64,000 nt of DNA from Myxococcota bacterium (GCA_965223415.1 OZ245002.1:4288001-4352000); one strand, 5' to 3'. Shown: positions 28,172 to 37,242, counted from the first letter of the stretch. Translations and numbers: made by a program. Notes: a model not told the origin generated them from the sequence alone.

Positions 28172-29020
28172 ATGAGCGATCCGCGCGCCCTCCAGATCGC
28201 CGCCCTGGGCGGACTCGCCGTCTACGGGTCGGCGGCCCTCGATTTCGAGATCGAGGCCGGACGGGTCGCCTTGGTGGTAGCGGTGGCCTTGGCCACGGAG
28301 TGGATCGGGCGACGCCTCCGCGGCGAGCCCTTCGACCCGCGCAGCCCGCTGATCACGGCGCTCTCCCTGACGCTCCTGCTGCGCGCCGCGACGCCGGGCC
28401 TCGCCGCGGCCGGGGCGCTCCTCGCCGTCGGCAGCAAGCACCTGCTGCGGGCCCGTGGCGGCCACGTCTTCAACCCGGCCAACTTCGGCATCGTGGTGCT
28501 GCTGCTCGCCACGGACGGGGTATGGGTGTCCGCCGGCCAGTGGGGACACGCAGCACTCCTGGCCCTGGCCCTCGCGGGCGCGGGACAGCTCGTGATCCAT
28601 CGGTCCACGCGCAGCGACGTCACCTGGGCGTTCCTCGCGGCCTGGGGCGGCCTCACCTTCGGGCGCGCCGCCTGGCTCGGCGACCCCTGGGCGATTCCGC
28701 TGCACCAGCTCCAGAACGGCGCGTTGCTGATCTTCGCCTTCTTCATGATCTCGGATCCGCGCACCACGCCGCGCTCGCGGGCCGGCCGGGTGTTCTACGC
28801 GGCGGTGGTGGCCGGCGCCGGCTTCGCCCTGCGGTTCGGCGCCCACGAGCCGAACGGCCTGCTCCATGCCCTGTTCGCAGCGGCCCCCCTGGTGCCGCTG
28901 CTCGACCGTTGGCTTCCCGGCCCCACCTATCGGTGGGACCGGGCTCCGGAGGAACCCCGACATGCGTCCCCGTCTTCGCTCCCTGCTCCTCTCCTGCCTG
29001 TGCCTCGTGGGGCTCGCTGA
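28172..29020 (+). CDS. RnfD/NqrB-like integral membrane protein (stand-alone)
   Basis: Multiple TMs, SKH...HVFNPANFG, FFMISDPRTTP; no SGAT FMN-attachment motif seen. Confidence 0.8.
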   Translation: MSDPRALQIAALGGLAVYGSAALDFEIEAGRVALVVAVALATEWIGRRLRGEPFDPRSPLITALSLTLLLRAATPGLAAAGALLAVGSKHLLRARGGHVFNPANFGIVVLLLATDGVWVSAGQWGHAALLALALAGAGQLVIHRSTRSDVTWAFLAAWGGLTFGRAAWLGDPWAIPLHQLQNGALLIFAFFMISDPRTTPRSRAGRVFYAAVVAGAGFALRFGAHEPNGLLHALFAAAPLVPLLDRWLPGPTYRWDRAPEEPRHASPSSLPAPLLPVPRGAR

Positions 29021-30341
29021 GGGAGCCCGCGCCTTCTGTGGCTTCTACGTCGCGAAGGCCGACACGAAGCTCTGGAACCAGGCCTCCCAGGTCGTGCTGG
29101 TGCGCGACGGCGACCGCACCGTGCTCACCATGGCCAACGACTTCAAGGGCGACCCCAAGGAGTTCGCCGTCGTGATCCCGGTGCCGACCTTCCTCGAGCG
29201 CGAGCAGATCCACGTGGGGGACAAGGCGGTGATCGACCATCTCGACGCCTACACGGCGCCGCGGCTGGTCGAGTACTTCGACTCGGATCCGTGCATGCTC
29301 GCGAAGATGCGTCGTATGGAGGCCGCGCTCCCCCAAGCATCGGCCGCCGGCCGCGCGTCGGCCGACAACGCTCGCGCCCTCGGCGTCACGATCGAGGCCG
29401 CCTACACCGTCGGCGAGTACGACATCCTGATCCTCTCCGCCGAGGAGAGCTCGGGCCTCGAGACCTGGCTCACCGGGAACGGCTACCGGCTTCCCGAGGG
29501 CGCCGGCCCCGTGCTCGGCAGCTACCTGAAGCAGGGCATGCGCTTCTTCGTCGCCAAGGTGAACCTGGAGGAGCAGGCGAAGTCCGGCTACCAAACCCTG
29601 CGCCCGCTGCAGGTGGCCTACGAGTCGCCGAAGTTCATGCTGCCCATCCGCCTGGGCACGGTCAACGCGGAAGGGCCCCAGGAGCTCTTCGTCTACGCCC
29701 TCACCCGGACCGGCCGCGTGGAGACGACGAACTACCGCACCGTCAAGCTCCCCACCGGCATGGACATCCCGGTCGCCACCAAGGAGCGCTTCGGCGAGTT
29801 CTACCGGGCGATGTTCGGCGAGCAGACCCGCCGCGAGAACGCCGAGGTGGTCTTCCTCGAGTACGCCTGGGACATGAACTGGTGCGATCCCTGCGCGGCG
29901 GATCCGCTCTCCCGCGACGAGCTCCGGCAGCTCGGCGTCTTCTGGCTGGAGGACGGGCCCGTGCCGATGCCCGGCCAGCCGCGCATCATGCCCCCGCCGA
30001 CGCCGGCCCAGAACGTCTTCGCGACCCGCCTCCACCTGCGCTACGACCGGGAGCACTTCCCGGAGGACCTGCGCTTCCAGGAGACCGGCGATCGCACGAA
30101 CTTCCAGGGTCGCTACGTGCTGCGCCACGCCTGGACCGGCGACGCCCAGTGCGCCGCCGCCGAGAGCTATCGCGCGGCCCTCCCCCAGCGCCACGAGAAG
30201 GAGGTCCAGACCCTGGCCTCCCTGACCGGCTGGGACATCGGCGACATCCGGCGCTGGGCAGGGCTCCCCCCGACGCCCGCGAAGCCCACGGAGCCGCCGT
30301 CGCCCGATCCCTGGTGGAAGCGCCTCTGGCCGAGCGAGTAG
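28962..30341 (+). CDS. DUF2330 domain exported protein
   Basis: Signal peptide then AFCGFYVAKAD...ASQVVLVRDG.RTVLTMAND, LPIRLG, EYAWDMNWCDPC; GGAGG RBS. Confidence 0.85.
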   Translation: MRPRLRSLLLSCLCLVGLAEGARAFCGFYVAKADTKLWNQASQVVLVRDGDRTVLTMANDFKGDPKEFAVVIPVPTFLEREQIHVGDKAVIDHLDAYTAPRLVEYFDSDPCMLAKMRRMEAALPQASAAGRASADNARALGVTIEAAYTVGEYDILILSAEESSGLETWLTGNGYRLPEGAGPVLGSYLKQGMRFFVAKVNLEEQAKSGYQTLRPLQVAYESPKFMLPIRLGTVNAEGPQELFVYALTRTGRVETTNYRTVKLPTGMDIPVATKERFGEFYRAMFGEQTRRENAEVVFLEYAWDMNWCDPCAADPLSRDELRQLGVFWLEDGPVPMPGQPRIMPPPTPAQNVFATRLHLRYDREHFPEDLRFQETGDRTNFQGRYVLRHAWTGDAQCAAAESYRAALPQRHEKEVQTLASLTGWDIGDIRRWAGLPPTPAKPTEPPSPDPWWKRLWPSE

Positions 30342-30367
30342 GAACAGCGTTTGATCGAAGTCCCGGC

Positions 30368-30449
30368 GGGTGACGATTCTCACCCCGAAGGGCGCCCGGG
30401 TCTGCCATCCTGCCTCCGGGAGGAACCGGGTCCGAGGTGAGGCATCTCA
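30368..30449 (+). promoter_or_regulatory. Putative ECF-type promoter and palindromic site upstream of the NPC-repeat peptide
   Basis: GGGTGA-N6-TCACCC (30368-30385); GGAACC-N17-TCTCA (30422-30449). Confidence 0.4.
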
Positions 30450-30478
30450 GGTCTGGACCTTTCGGAAGAGGAGACTTC

Positions 30479-30706
30479 ATGACCCGTATCCTGAACCTGC
30501 GGCGCCTCGGCCTGGCCGTGGCCGTGGCGGGGCTCCTGGCCCTGCCCCTCGTGGCCTTCGCCGAGCACCACGAGGCCGGCGAGAACCCGTGCAACCCGTG
30601 CGCGGAGAACCCGTGCGGCGACAATCCGTGCGGCGACAATCCGTGCGGCGACAACCCCTGCGGTGACAACCCGTGCGGCGACAACCCGTGTGGAGGCGGG
30701 GACTGA
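30479..30706 (+). CDS. Secreted Cys-rich 75-aa peptide with 8 Asn-Pro-Cys repeats
   Basis: GAGGAG RBS; signal peptide ending AFA; ENPC-NPC-AENPC-(GDNPC)x5-GGGD; the GDNPC units differ only at synonymous positions. Confidence 0.88.
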   Translation: MTRILNLRRLGLAVAVAGLLALPLVAFAEHHEAGENPCNPCAENPCGDNPCGDNPCGDNPCGDNPCGDNPCGGGD

Positions 30707-30745
30707 TCCCAGCTCCAGTCGAAGCCTGCGTGGCGGGGGCCTCCG

Positions 30746-30867
30746 GGCCTCCGCCGCGTTCGTTTCGGGGCGTGTCCGGGGCCTCTTGGCCTCCGCCGCG
30801 TTCGTTTCGGGGCGTGTCCGGGGCCTCTTGGCCTCCGCCGCGTTCGTTTCGGGGCGTGTCCGGGGCC
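30746..30867. repeat. Intergenic tandem repeat, 42-bp unit, about 2.9 identical copies
   Basis: GGCCTCCGCCGCGTTCGTTTCGGGGCGTGTCCGGGGCCTCTT at 30746, 30788 and 30830 (third copy truncated). Confidence 0.95.
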
Positions 30868-30870
30868 GGC

Positions 30871-31353
30871 TCAGCCGGCGGGATCGATCCGGAAGAACCA
30901 GCCGGCCTCGCCCGGCCCGCCCCCGTACTTGGCGTCGACCACGCGCTCGAGGGCCGCCGCCGTGGCCTCGTCGTCCACCTTCACGAGGGTGGCGCGATAG
31001 CGCCGGCCCTCGATGCGCAGGACGGCGCGGCCGTCCCGGCGGGCGTCCTCGTGCCAGGTCTTCCCGGGCGGGAAGCCGAGGCTGCAGGGGACGTAGGCCC
31101 GGCCGTCGTGAACGAGGATCCAGGTCGTGCGGGAGGTCTCCTGGGCCGCGAGCTGCAGCTCGATCTCCGGGACACCGGAGGCGAAGGACCAGTCGGTCAC
31201 CGGGCCTTCCACCCACTCTCCGCTCGTGAGGGCGCCGCCGGGGAAGAGCGCGATGGGCCCGTCCGAGCAGCGCGCGACAAGGGTCGTGAGCACGAGCAGG
31301 CTGCCGAGGAAGACCGTGCCGATACCCACCCAGCGCAGGACGAGCTTCGTCAC
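30871..31353 (-). CDS. Membrane-anchored hypothetical protein, possible split-barrel flavin-binding (DUF2255-like) fold
   Basis: N-terminal TM, DGPIALFPGGAL, VTDWSF, AVLRIEGRRY, AKYG; GTGA overlap with upstream LLM gene. Confidence 0.65.
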   Translation of the reverse strand: MTKLVLRWVGIGTVFLGSLLVLTTLVARCSDGPIALFPGGALTSGEWVEGPVTDWSFASGVPEIELQLAAQETSRTTWILVHDGRAYVPCSLGFPPGKTWHEDARRDGRAVLRIEGRRYRATLVKVDDEATAAALERVVDAKYGGGPGEAGWFFRIDPAG

Positions 31354-32357
31354 GCCCGCAGCTCCTCCAGGTAGGCGCTTCGCTCCTCCGGCTTCGCGAA
31401 GGGGAAGGTGCAGAAGACGCGATCCACCGCGCCGCCGAAGCGCTTCTTGAGCTCGGCGGCGACCCGGTGGGGCTCGGCCACGACGGCGAACTCCTCGAGG
31501 ATTTCGTCGGTGATGCGCGTCCCCATCTCCTCCCACTGCCCCTGCTTGGAGAGCGCGTTGAGCTCTCCCGAGAGCTCGCCCCAGCCGTGGAGATCGAGGA
31601 CGCCCTTGTAGGCGGGCGTCGAGCCGTAGAAGGCGACCTGCCGGGTGACCGCCGTGCGCGTCTGCTCCCACTCCTTCTCGTCCGACCCGGAGACGACGAA
31701 GGCCGGGTAGCAGACCTCGAAGTCAGCCCGTTTGCGCTCGCCGGCGGCGAGGCCGCGCTCGATCGCCGGCAGGGTCACCTCCGCCAGGTACCTGGGCGTG
31801 GTGAACGCGTGCACGAGCATGCCGTCCGCCGTCTCGCCGGCGACCTCCGTCATCTTCGGGCCCACGGCGGCCAGCACCACCCGGGGCGGCCCGAAGCGGT
31901 TGTTGGTCGGCGTGAACATCGGGGTCATCAGGGTGTGGGTGTAGTAGTCGCCGCGGAACGCCAGCTTCTCGCCCGAGTACCAGCAGTCCCAGATCGCCCG
32001 CATCGCCAGGATGAACTCGCGCATCCGGGCAGCGGGGTGTGACCACTCCTGGCTGAAACGCTTCGTGATGTGGGGCTTGATCTGCGAGCCCAGGCCGAGG
32101 ATGAAGCGGCCCTTCGAGTAGGCCTGGAGGTCGTTGCCGATGTTCGCGAGCACCATCGGGTTGCGGGCGAAGGCCACGGCGATCGACGTCATCAGCTCGA
32201 TCTTCTCCGTGTGCTCGGCGGCCAGGAGCAGGGGGAAGAACGGGTCGTTTGCCGTCTCGGCCGTGACCGCGCCGTCGAAGCCCTGGGCTTCGAGCTCGCG
32301 GGCGGCTTCGGGCACGCGCGAAAGCTCGGTGGTGATGAGTCCCGCGTCGACCTTCAT
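31350..32357 (-). CDS. LLM-class F420-dependent oxidoreductase
   Basis: AETANDPFFPL, IAVAFARNPM, GRFILGLGSQIKPHITKRF, FYGSTPAY. Confidence 0.92.
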   Translation of the reverse strand: MKVDAGLITTELSRVPEAARELEAQGFDGAVTAETANDPFFPLLLAAEHTEKIELMTSIAVAFARNPMVLANIGNDLQAYSKGRFILGLGSQIKPHITKRFSQEWSHPAARMREFILAMRAIWDCWYSGEKLAFRGDYYTHTLMTPMFTPTNNRFGPPRVVLAAVGPKMTEVAGETADGMLVHAFTTPRYLAEVTLPAIERGLAAGERKRADFEVCYPAFVVSGSDEKEWEQTRTAVTRQVAFYGSTPAYKGVLDLHGWGELSGELNALSKQGQWEEMGTRITDEILEEFAVVAEPHRVAAELKKRFGGAVDRVFCTFPFAKPEERSAYLEELRA

Positions 32358-32423
32358 GGCGTCTCCTCTCCTCGGGGGCGGCAGGGGAGGGGCAGGGTAA
32401 CCCGCCTCGTGTAGGCTCGCCCC

Positions 32424-33599
32424 GTGAGCGCACCCCTCGAAGGCCTCCGCGTCGTCGACCTCACCCGCTACCTGGCCGGGCCCTTCTGCACGATGCTGCT
32501 CGCCGACTACGGCGCCGACGTGGTGAAGGTGGAGGCGCGGGAGGGGCGGGAGTTCCGCCCCGCCGGCGCCGGCCGCGACACCTACTTCTTCCTCTCCGCC
32601 AATCGGGGCAAGCGCTCGGTCACCCTCGACCTGCGCAAGCCGGCCGGCCGCGACGTCCTGCTGCGCCTGCTCGAGGGTGCGGACGTCCTGGTCGAGAACT
32701 TCCGGCCCGGGGTGATGGAGCGCCTGGGCCTGGGCGCCGAGGCCCTGCTGGAGCGCTTCCCCCGGCTGGTCTACTGCGGCATATCCGGCTTCGGCCGCAC
32801 CGGGCCCTACGCGGAGCGGCCTGGCTTCGACCAGATCGCCCAGGGCATGAGCGGATTCATGAGCCTGACCGGAACCGAGGAGAGCGGGCCGACCCGCGCG
32901 GGTATCGCCATCTCGGACCTGCTGGGCGGGCTCTTCGCCGCCCACGGCATCCAGCTCGCGCTGCTCGCCCGGGAGCGCAGCGGCCGCGGCCAGCTCGTCG
33001 ACACCTCGCTTCTCGAGGCGACGATCGGCGTGCTCACCTGGGGCGCCGGCATGCTCTTCGAGAGCGGCCGCGACCCGGCCCCCGCCGGGCAGCACCACCC
33101 GCTCTCGTCCCCCTACGGGCGCTTCCGCGCCCGGGACGGCTACCTGAACCTCGCCGCTGGCAGTGACGCCATGTGGGAGAAGGTCGCCGCCACCCTCGAG
33201 CGCCCGGCCTGGCTCGAAGACGAGCGCTTCCGCGACGTGATCGGCCGGGTGCGCCACCGGGACGCGCTCACTGCCGAGATCGAGGCCGCGCTCGCCCACG
33301 CCGACGTCGCCGAGTGGGTCGAGCGCTTCAATGCCGCCGGCGTGCCCTGCGGTCCGGTACTCTCGGTCGCTCGCGTCTTCGAAGATCCCCACGTCCTCGC
33401 CCGCGGCATGCTCGCCGAGCTGCCCCATCCTGAGATCGGGACCTTCAAGACCACCGGGCTCCCGGTGAAGCTCTCGGAAACGCCGGGTCGGATCGAGCGG
33501 CGTCCGCCCTTGCATGGCGAGCACACCGCCGAGGTGCTTCGCGAAGCAGGATACGATGCGGCGGCGATCGAAGGGCTTCGCGCCCAGGAAGTGATCTAG
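32424..33599 (+). CDS. CaiB/BaiF family (class III) CoA transferase
   Basis: PLEGLRVVDLTRYLAGP, NRGKRS, ENFRPG, PGFDQIAQGMSG. Confidence 0.94.
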   Translation: MSAPLEGLRVVDLTRYLAGPFCTMLLADYGADVVKVEAREGREFRPAGAGRDTYFFLSANRGKRSVTLDLRKPAGRDVLLRLLEGADVLVENFRPGVMERLGLGAEALLERFPRLVYCGISGFGRTGPYAERPGFDQIAQGMSGFMSLTGTEESGPTRAGIAISDLLGGLFAAHGIQLALLARERSGRGQLVDTSLLEATIGVLTWGAGMLFESGRDPAPAGQHHPLSSPYGRFRARDGYLNLAAGSDAMWEKVAATLERPAWLEDERFRDVIGRVRHRDALTAEIEAALAHADVAEWVERFNAAGVPCGPVLSVARVFEDPHVLARGMLAELPHPEIGTFKTTGLPVKLSETPGRIERRPPLHGEHTAEVLREAGYDAAAIEGLRAQEVI

Positions 33600-33667
33600 G
33601 CTCGGCGGTCCTGTGGAAGCAGCCGGTGCCGGCCGACGAACTCGGTACCGTCGAGTAGACTTCCCCG

Positions 33668-34564
33668 ATGGCCGATCACTTCGACTCCGTCTTCCGCCCG
33701 GGCCTCTTCAAGGGGCAGGTGCACCTCGTCACTGGCGGCGGCACCGGCATCGGGAGGTGCATCGCCCACGAGCTCGCCTGCCTGGGGGCCCACGTGGTGA
33801 TCGCGGCGCGCAGGCCCGAGCCCCTCCAGGACACGATCAAGGAGATCGAGCAGGCCGGCGGCGAGGCGAGCTTCAAGCTGATGAACATCCGCGACGACGA
33901 GCAGGTGGACGCCGCCGTCGCGGAGATCGTGGCGGAGCGGGGCCGGCTCGACGGCCTCGTGAACAACGGCGGCGGCCAGTTTCCGTCCCCGGCAGAGGAC
34001 ATCCCCGCGAAGGGCTGGCGCGCGGTCGTGGACACGAACCTGAACGGCACCTTCTGGGTCTCCCAGGCCGCCTTCCGCCATTGGATGGGAGAGCACGGCG
34101 GGGCGATCGTGAACATCGTGGCCGACATGTGGGTGGGCTACCCGGGCATGGCGCACACCGGCGCGGCCCGCGCCGGCGTCGTCAACCTGACGAAGACCCT
34201 CGGCTTCGAGTGGAGCCGCTTCGGCGTGCGCGTGAACGCGGTGGCGCCGGGCGCGATCCTCTCGAGTGGCATGAAGAACTACCCGCCCGACGTGAACCGG
34301 CGCGCGATCGAGGGAAGCCGGGAGATGCCGCCCTCGCGGATGGGCTCCGAGAGCGAGGTCTCCGCGGCCGTGGTGTTCCTGCTCACCCCGGCGGCCGGCT
34401 ACGTCACGGCGGACACGATCCGCGTCGACGGCGGTTCCTCCCTCTACAAGGGCCACTTCACCCCGATCGGGCACCACGATCGGCTGCCGACCTGGGACGG
34501 CTTCCACCTGAGCGCGGAGATTCCGGAGGCGATGCGCGGGGCGAGCGAGGGCGAGAAGAGCTAG
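33668..34564 (+). CDS. SDR oxidoreductase (trans-2-enoyl-CoA / 2,4-dienoyl-CoA reductase-like)
   Basis: TGGGTGIG, NNGGGQF, HTGAARAGV. Confidence 0.9.
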   Translation: MADHFDSVFRPGLFKGQVHLVTGGGTGIGRCIAHELACLGAHVVIAARRPEPLQDTIKEIEQAGGEASFKLMNIRDDEQVDAAVAEIVAERGRLDGLVNNGGGQFPSPAEDIPAKGWRAVVDTNLNGTFWVSQAAFRHWMGEHGGAIVNIVADMWVGYPGMAHTGAARAGVVNLTKTLGFEWSRFGVRVNAVAPGAILSSGMKNYPPDVNRRAIEGSREMPPSRMGSESEVSAAVVFLLTPAAGYVTADTIRVDGGSSLYKGHFTPIGHHDRLPTWDGFHLSAEIPEAMRGASEGEKS

Positions 34565-34574
34565 GCCCGCAGCG

Positions 34575-35102
34575 TCAGTCCGCCGGGAGCTCCATCCAGA
34601 AGACGCCGCGCAGCTCGCCCTCGGCGAAGCCCGTGGCGCGGTCGTCCGGGTAGAGCGCCGCCAGGTGCTCGGCGAGCTCCGGCGAAAGCTCGCTGCCGTG
34701 GCAAGAGAGGCAGAGCGCCTGGGTGACGATGGGCTCGACGTAGCCGGTGCGTCCGCCGGGCAGGGCGACCGTTCGCGGCGCGCGGTTGCTCGGATCCGCC
34801 CGGTAGGTGTCGAGGATCGGCAGGGTCCAGGCCGGCGGGGCGTTCGCCGGGTTGCGCAGCCGGTGGCTGGTGCGGCCGACCCGCAGCCCGTCCTCCGCGT
34901 GGGCGGCGGCGATCTCGGGGGCGCGCAGCTGGCAGGCCTCGATCGCGTGGCGCGGGCCCTGGGCCAGGCCCTGCTTCAGGGCGGCTTGCAGGTCGCGCTT
35001 GAAGGGCGCGAGACGCTCCGCAGGAGTGAGGTCGGCGTCTCCGGCGTTCGCCGGGACGGCGGCGAGCAGCAGGGCGGCGGCGAGCGATCGAATCGTATGC
35101 AT
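34575..35102 (-). CDS. DUF3365 / Tll0287-like exported c-type heme protein
   Basis: Signal peptide, RTSHRLRNPANAP, CLSCHG, YPDDRATGF..GELRG. Confidence 0.85.
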   Translation of the reverse strand: MHTIRSLAAALLLAAVPANAGDADLTPAERLAPFKRDLQAALKQGLAQGPRHAIEACQLRAPEIAAAHAEDGLRVGRTSHRLRNPANAPPAWTLPILDTYRADPSNRAPRTVALPGGRTGYVEPIVTQALCLSCHGSELSPELAEHLAALYPDDRATGFAEGELRGVFWMELPAD

Positions 35103-35104
35103 GC

Positions 35105-36259
35105 CTAGCGACGTACCTCGAGAGGGAGCGACTCGAAGCCCCGGATCACCATCGAGCGCAGGCGCTGCGGGGCCTCCGGAGCGGGGGCGATCTCCGAGTA
35201 GCGGTCCAGGAGGGCGTCCAACGCGATGCGTCCTTCCAGTCGCGCGAGGCCGGCGCCCAGGCAGAAGTGCACGCCGAAGCCGAAGCCCAGGTGGCGGCCT
35301 TCGGTGCGCTCCGGGAGGTACTGGTCCGGGTCGGCGAAGGCGGCCGGGTCGCGGTTGGCAGCGCCGAAGGAGAGGATCACGCGGCTTCCCGCCGGGATGT
35401 CGACGCCGGCGACGGTCACGTCGCGGGTCGTCTCCCGGCCCAGGTTCTGGACCGGCCCGTCGAAGCGCACGGTTTCTTCGAGGGCGGCGGGGACCCGACT
35501 GCGGTCCTCCCGAAGCTGCTTCCACAGGTCCGGTCGCGTCGCGAGCAGGTTCAGCTGGTTGCTGATCAGGTTCGTCGTCGTCTCGTTGCCGGCCACGAGC
35601 AGCACGATGAAGAAGCCGTCCAGCTCCGCCTGGCTGAGGCGGCGGCCGTCGATCTCCGCGTGGACGAGAGCCGAGACGAGATCGTCCTTGGGCTCGCGGC
35701 GGCGCTCTTCCGCCAGGCCCCGGAAGTAGTCGACGAGCTCGTGAGCCGACGCCAGCAGCTCCGGCGTCGGGGGCTGCTCGAGCAGGCCCACGAAGGCGTC
35801 GGACCAGCGCCGGAAGTCGTCGCGGTGCTCCGGATCGACGCCGAGCATCTCGGCGATCACGAAGACCGGAAGCGGGATGCTGAGGGCGGGCACCAGGTCG
35901 AAACCGTCGTCGGGGAGTGCGTCCATCCGCTCGCGGGTCAGCTGCCGCACGCGCGGCTCGGCCGCCGCCACGCGCCGGGGCGTGAAGGCCCGGTTCACCA
36001 GGGCCCGGAGCTGGTCGTGGTGGGGCGGGTCGGTGGCGGGCAGGGCGGGCAGGTTGGCGAGCCCGCCTCCCCGCGGTGCCGGGCCGGCGGCGCTGCTGAA
36101 GGTGGCCGGGTCCTTGAGGGCCTCGAGCACGTCGTCGAAGCGCGTCAGCACATAGGCGCCGTAGCGCGGCTCCCGGTACACCGGCGCGTCGCGGCGCAGC
36201 CGCGCGTAGGCCGGAAAGGGATCCTCCTGGAACTCGGCGGAGAAGACGTCGACGTCCAC
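35105..36259 (-). CDS. Cytochrome P450
   Basis: DPPHH..LR, AGNETT, EETVR, FGFGVHFCLG heme motif; start uncertain (GTG 36259 or upstream). Confidence 0.95.
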   Translation of the reverse strand: MDVDVFSAEFQEDPFPAYARLRRDAPVYREPRYGAYVLTRFDDVLEALKDPATFSSAAGPAPRGGGLANLPALPATDPPHHDQLRALVNRAFTPRRVAAAEPRVRQLTRERMDALPDDGFDLVPALSIPLPVFVIAEMLGVDPEHRDDFRRWSDAFVGLLEQPPTPELLASAHELVDYFRGLAEERRREPKDDLVSALVHAEIDGRRLSQAELDGFFIVLLVAGNETTTNLISNQLNLLATRPDLWKQLREDRSRVPAALEETVRFDGPVQNLGRETTRDVTVAGVDIPAGSRVILSFGAANRDPAAFADPDQYLPERTEGRHLGFGFGVHFCLGAGLARLEGRIALDALLDRYSEIAPAPEAPQRLRSMVIRGFESLPLEVRR

Positions 36260-36345
36260 CTCCGGAGCATCGCCGATCGCGCGGGCCTTGCGCCACACGC
36301 GGTATGCTGCCGCCATGTCGAGGAACCCCGGGTGAGCACGGCCGC

Positions 36346-37185
36346 GTGAAGTTCGGTGTCACCCTCGGCGCGCTCCACCCGGGCCTGCACCGGGACGTGG
36401 CGGTGTTCGCGGACCAGCTGGGCTTCGAGTCCGTCTGGATGCCGGAGCATCTGGTGTTTCCCCTCGACATGTCCGGCTCGCCACACCCGGGCTCGGACCA
36501 GCCGCCGGTGCCGCCGACCACGCCGGTCTATGACGCCTTCGGCTGGCTGTGCTGGCTGGCGGGGCAGACCGAGCGCATCCGTCTCGGGACGAACGTCTAC
36601 CTGCTCGGCATCCGGCACCCGTTCACCGCGGCGAGGGCGGTGCAGACCCTCGACGTGGTGTCGGACGGGCGGGCGGAGATCGGCATCGGGGCGGGCTGGC
36701 TGCGCCAGGAGTGGACGGCGACGGGGCTCGACCCGCGCACCCGGGGGCGTCGCCTGGACGAGGCGCTGGCCGTCTGCAAGCGGCTCTGGAGCGAGCCGGA
36801 GATCGAGCACCGCGGCGAGTTCTTCTCCTTCGGGGCGGTGGCCTTCGAACCCAAGCCGGTGCAGAAGCCCTGGCCGCCGCTCCACGGAGGTGGCGAGTCC
36901 GATGCGGCCCTGCGCCGCGCTGCGCACCACTGTGACGGCTGGATGGGTCTCGGTCACACCTTCGAGTCCGCACCGGCGCTGATCGCGCGCCTGCGCGAGC
37001 TGCGCCGGGAGCTCGAGCTCGAGGGAGAACCCTTCGAGATCAGCCTCGGCGGCCGGGTCGAGGGGCCCGGCGACGTCGAGCGCTGGGCCGAGCTCGGCGT
37101 GGACCGGCTGATGATCGCTCCCTGGCGCCGCTCCCGGGAGGCGATCGACGGGCTGAAACACTTCGCCGAGCAGGTGGGTGCCTAG
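36346..37185 (+). CDS. LLM-class F420-dependent oxidoreductase
   Basis: GFESVWMPEHLVFP, IRLGTNVY, EPKPVQKP, ALRRAA..CDGW; GTG start inferred. Confidence 0.9.
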   Translation: MKFGVTLGALHPGLHRDVAVFADQLGFESVWMPEHLVFPLDMSGSPHPGSDQPPVPPTTPVYDAFGWLCWLAGQTERIRLGTNVYLLGIRHPFTAARAVQTLDVVSDGRAEIGIGAGWLRQEWTATGLDPRTRGRRLDEALAVCKRLWSEPEIEHRGEFFSFGAVAFEPKPVQKPWPPLHGGGESDAALRRAAHHCDGWMGLGHTFESAPALIARLRELRRELELEGEPFEISLGGRVEGPGDVERWAELGVDRLMIAPWRRSREAIDGLKHFAEQVGA

Positions 37186-37242
37186 CATGGGCTACGCCCC
37201 CACTGGTCCGGTGCGGAATTCGTTCGACACGAGGAGGAGACC

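Noticed and set aside
28172..29020. Rnf/Nqr respiratory complex
   Set aside because: No other subunits nearby and no SGAT flavinylation motif; treated as a stand-alone homologue.
30581..30700. 15-bp DNA repeats as a non-coding repeat or CRISPR
   Set aside because: They encode the in-frame GDNPC peptide repeats, with synonymous variation.
30746..30867. Possible CRISPR array
   Set aside because: Units are contiguous and identical, with no unique spacers and no cas genes in the window.
36303..36335. Leaderless 6-codon ORF MSRNPG* after TATGCT upstream of the LLM gene
   Set aside because: Too short to support; it may just be an ordinary -10 box with a chance ATG.
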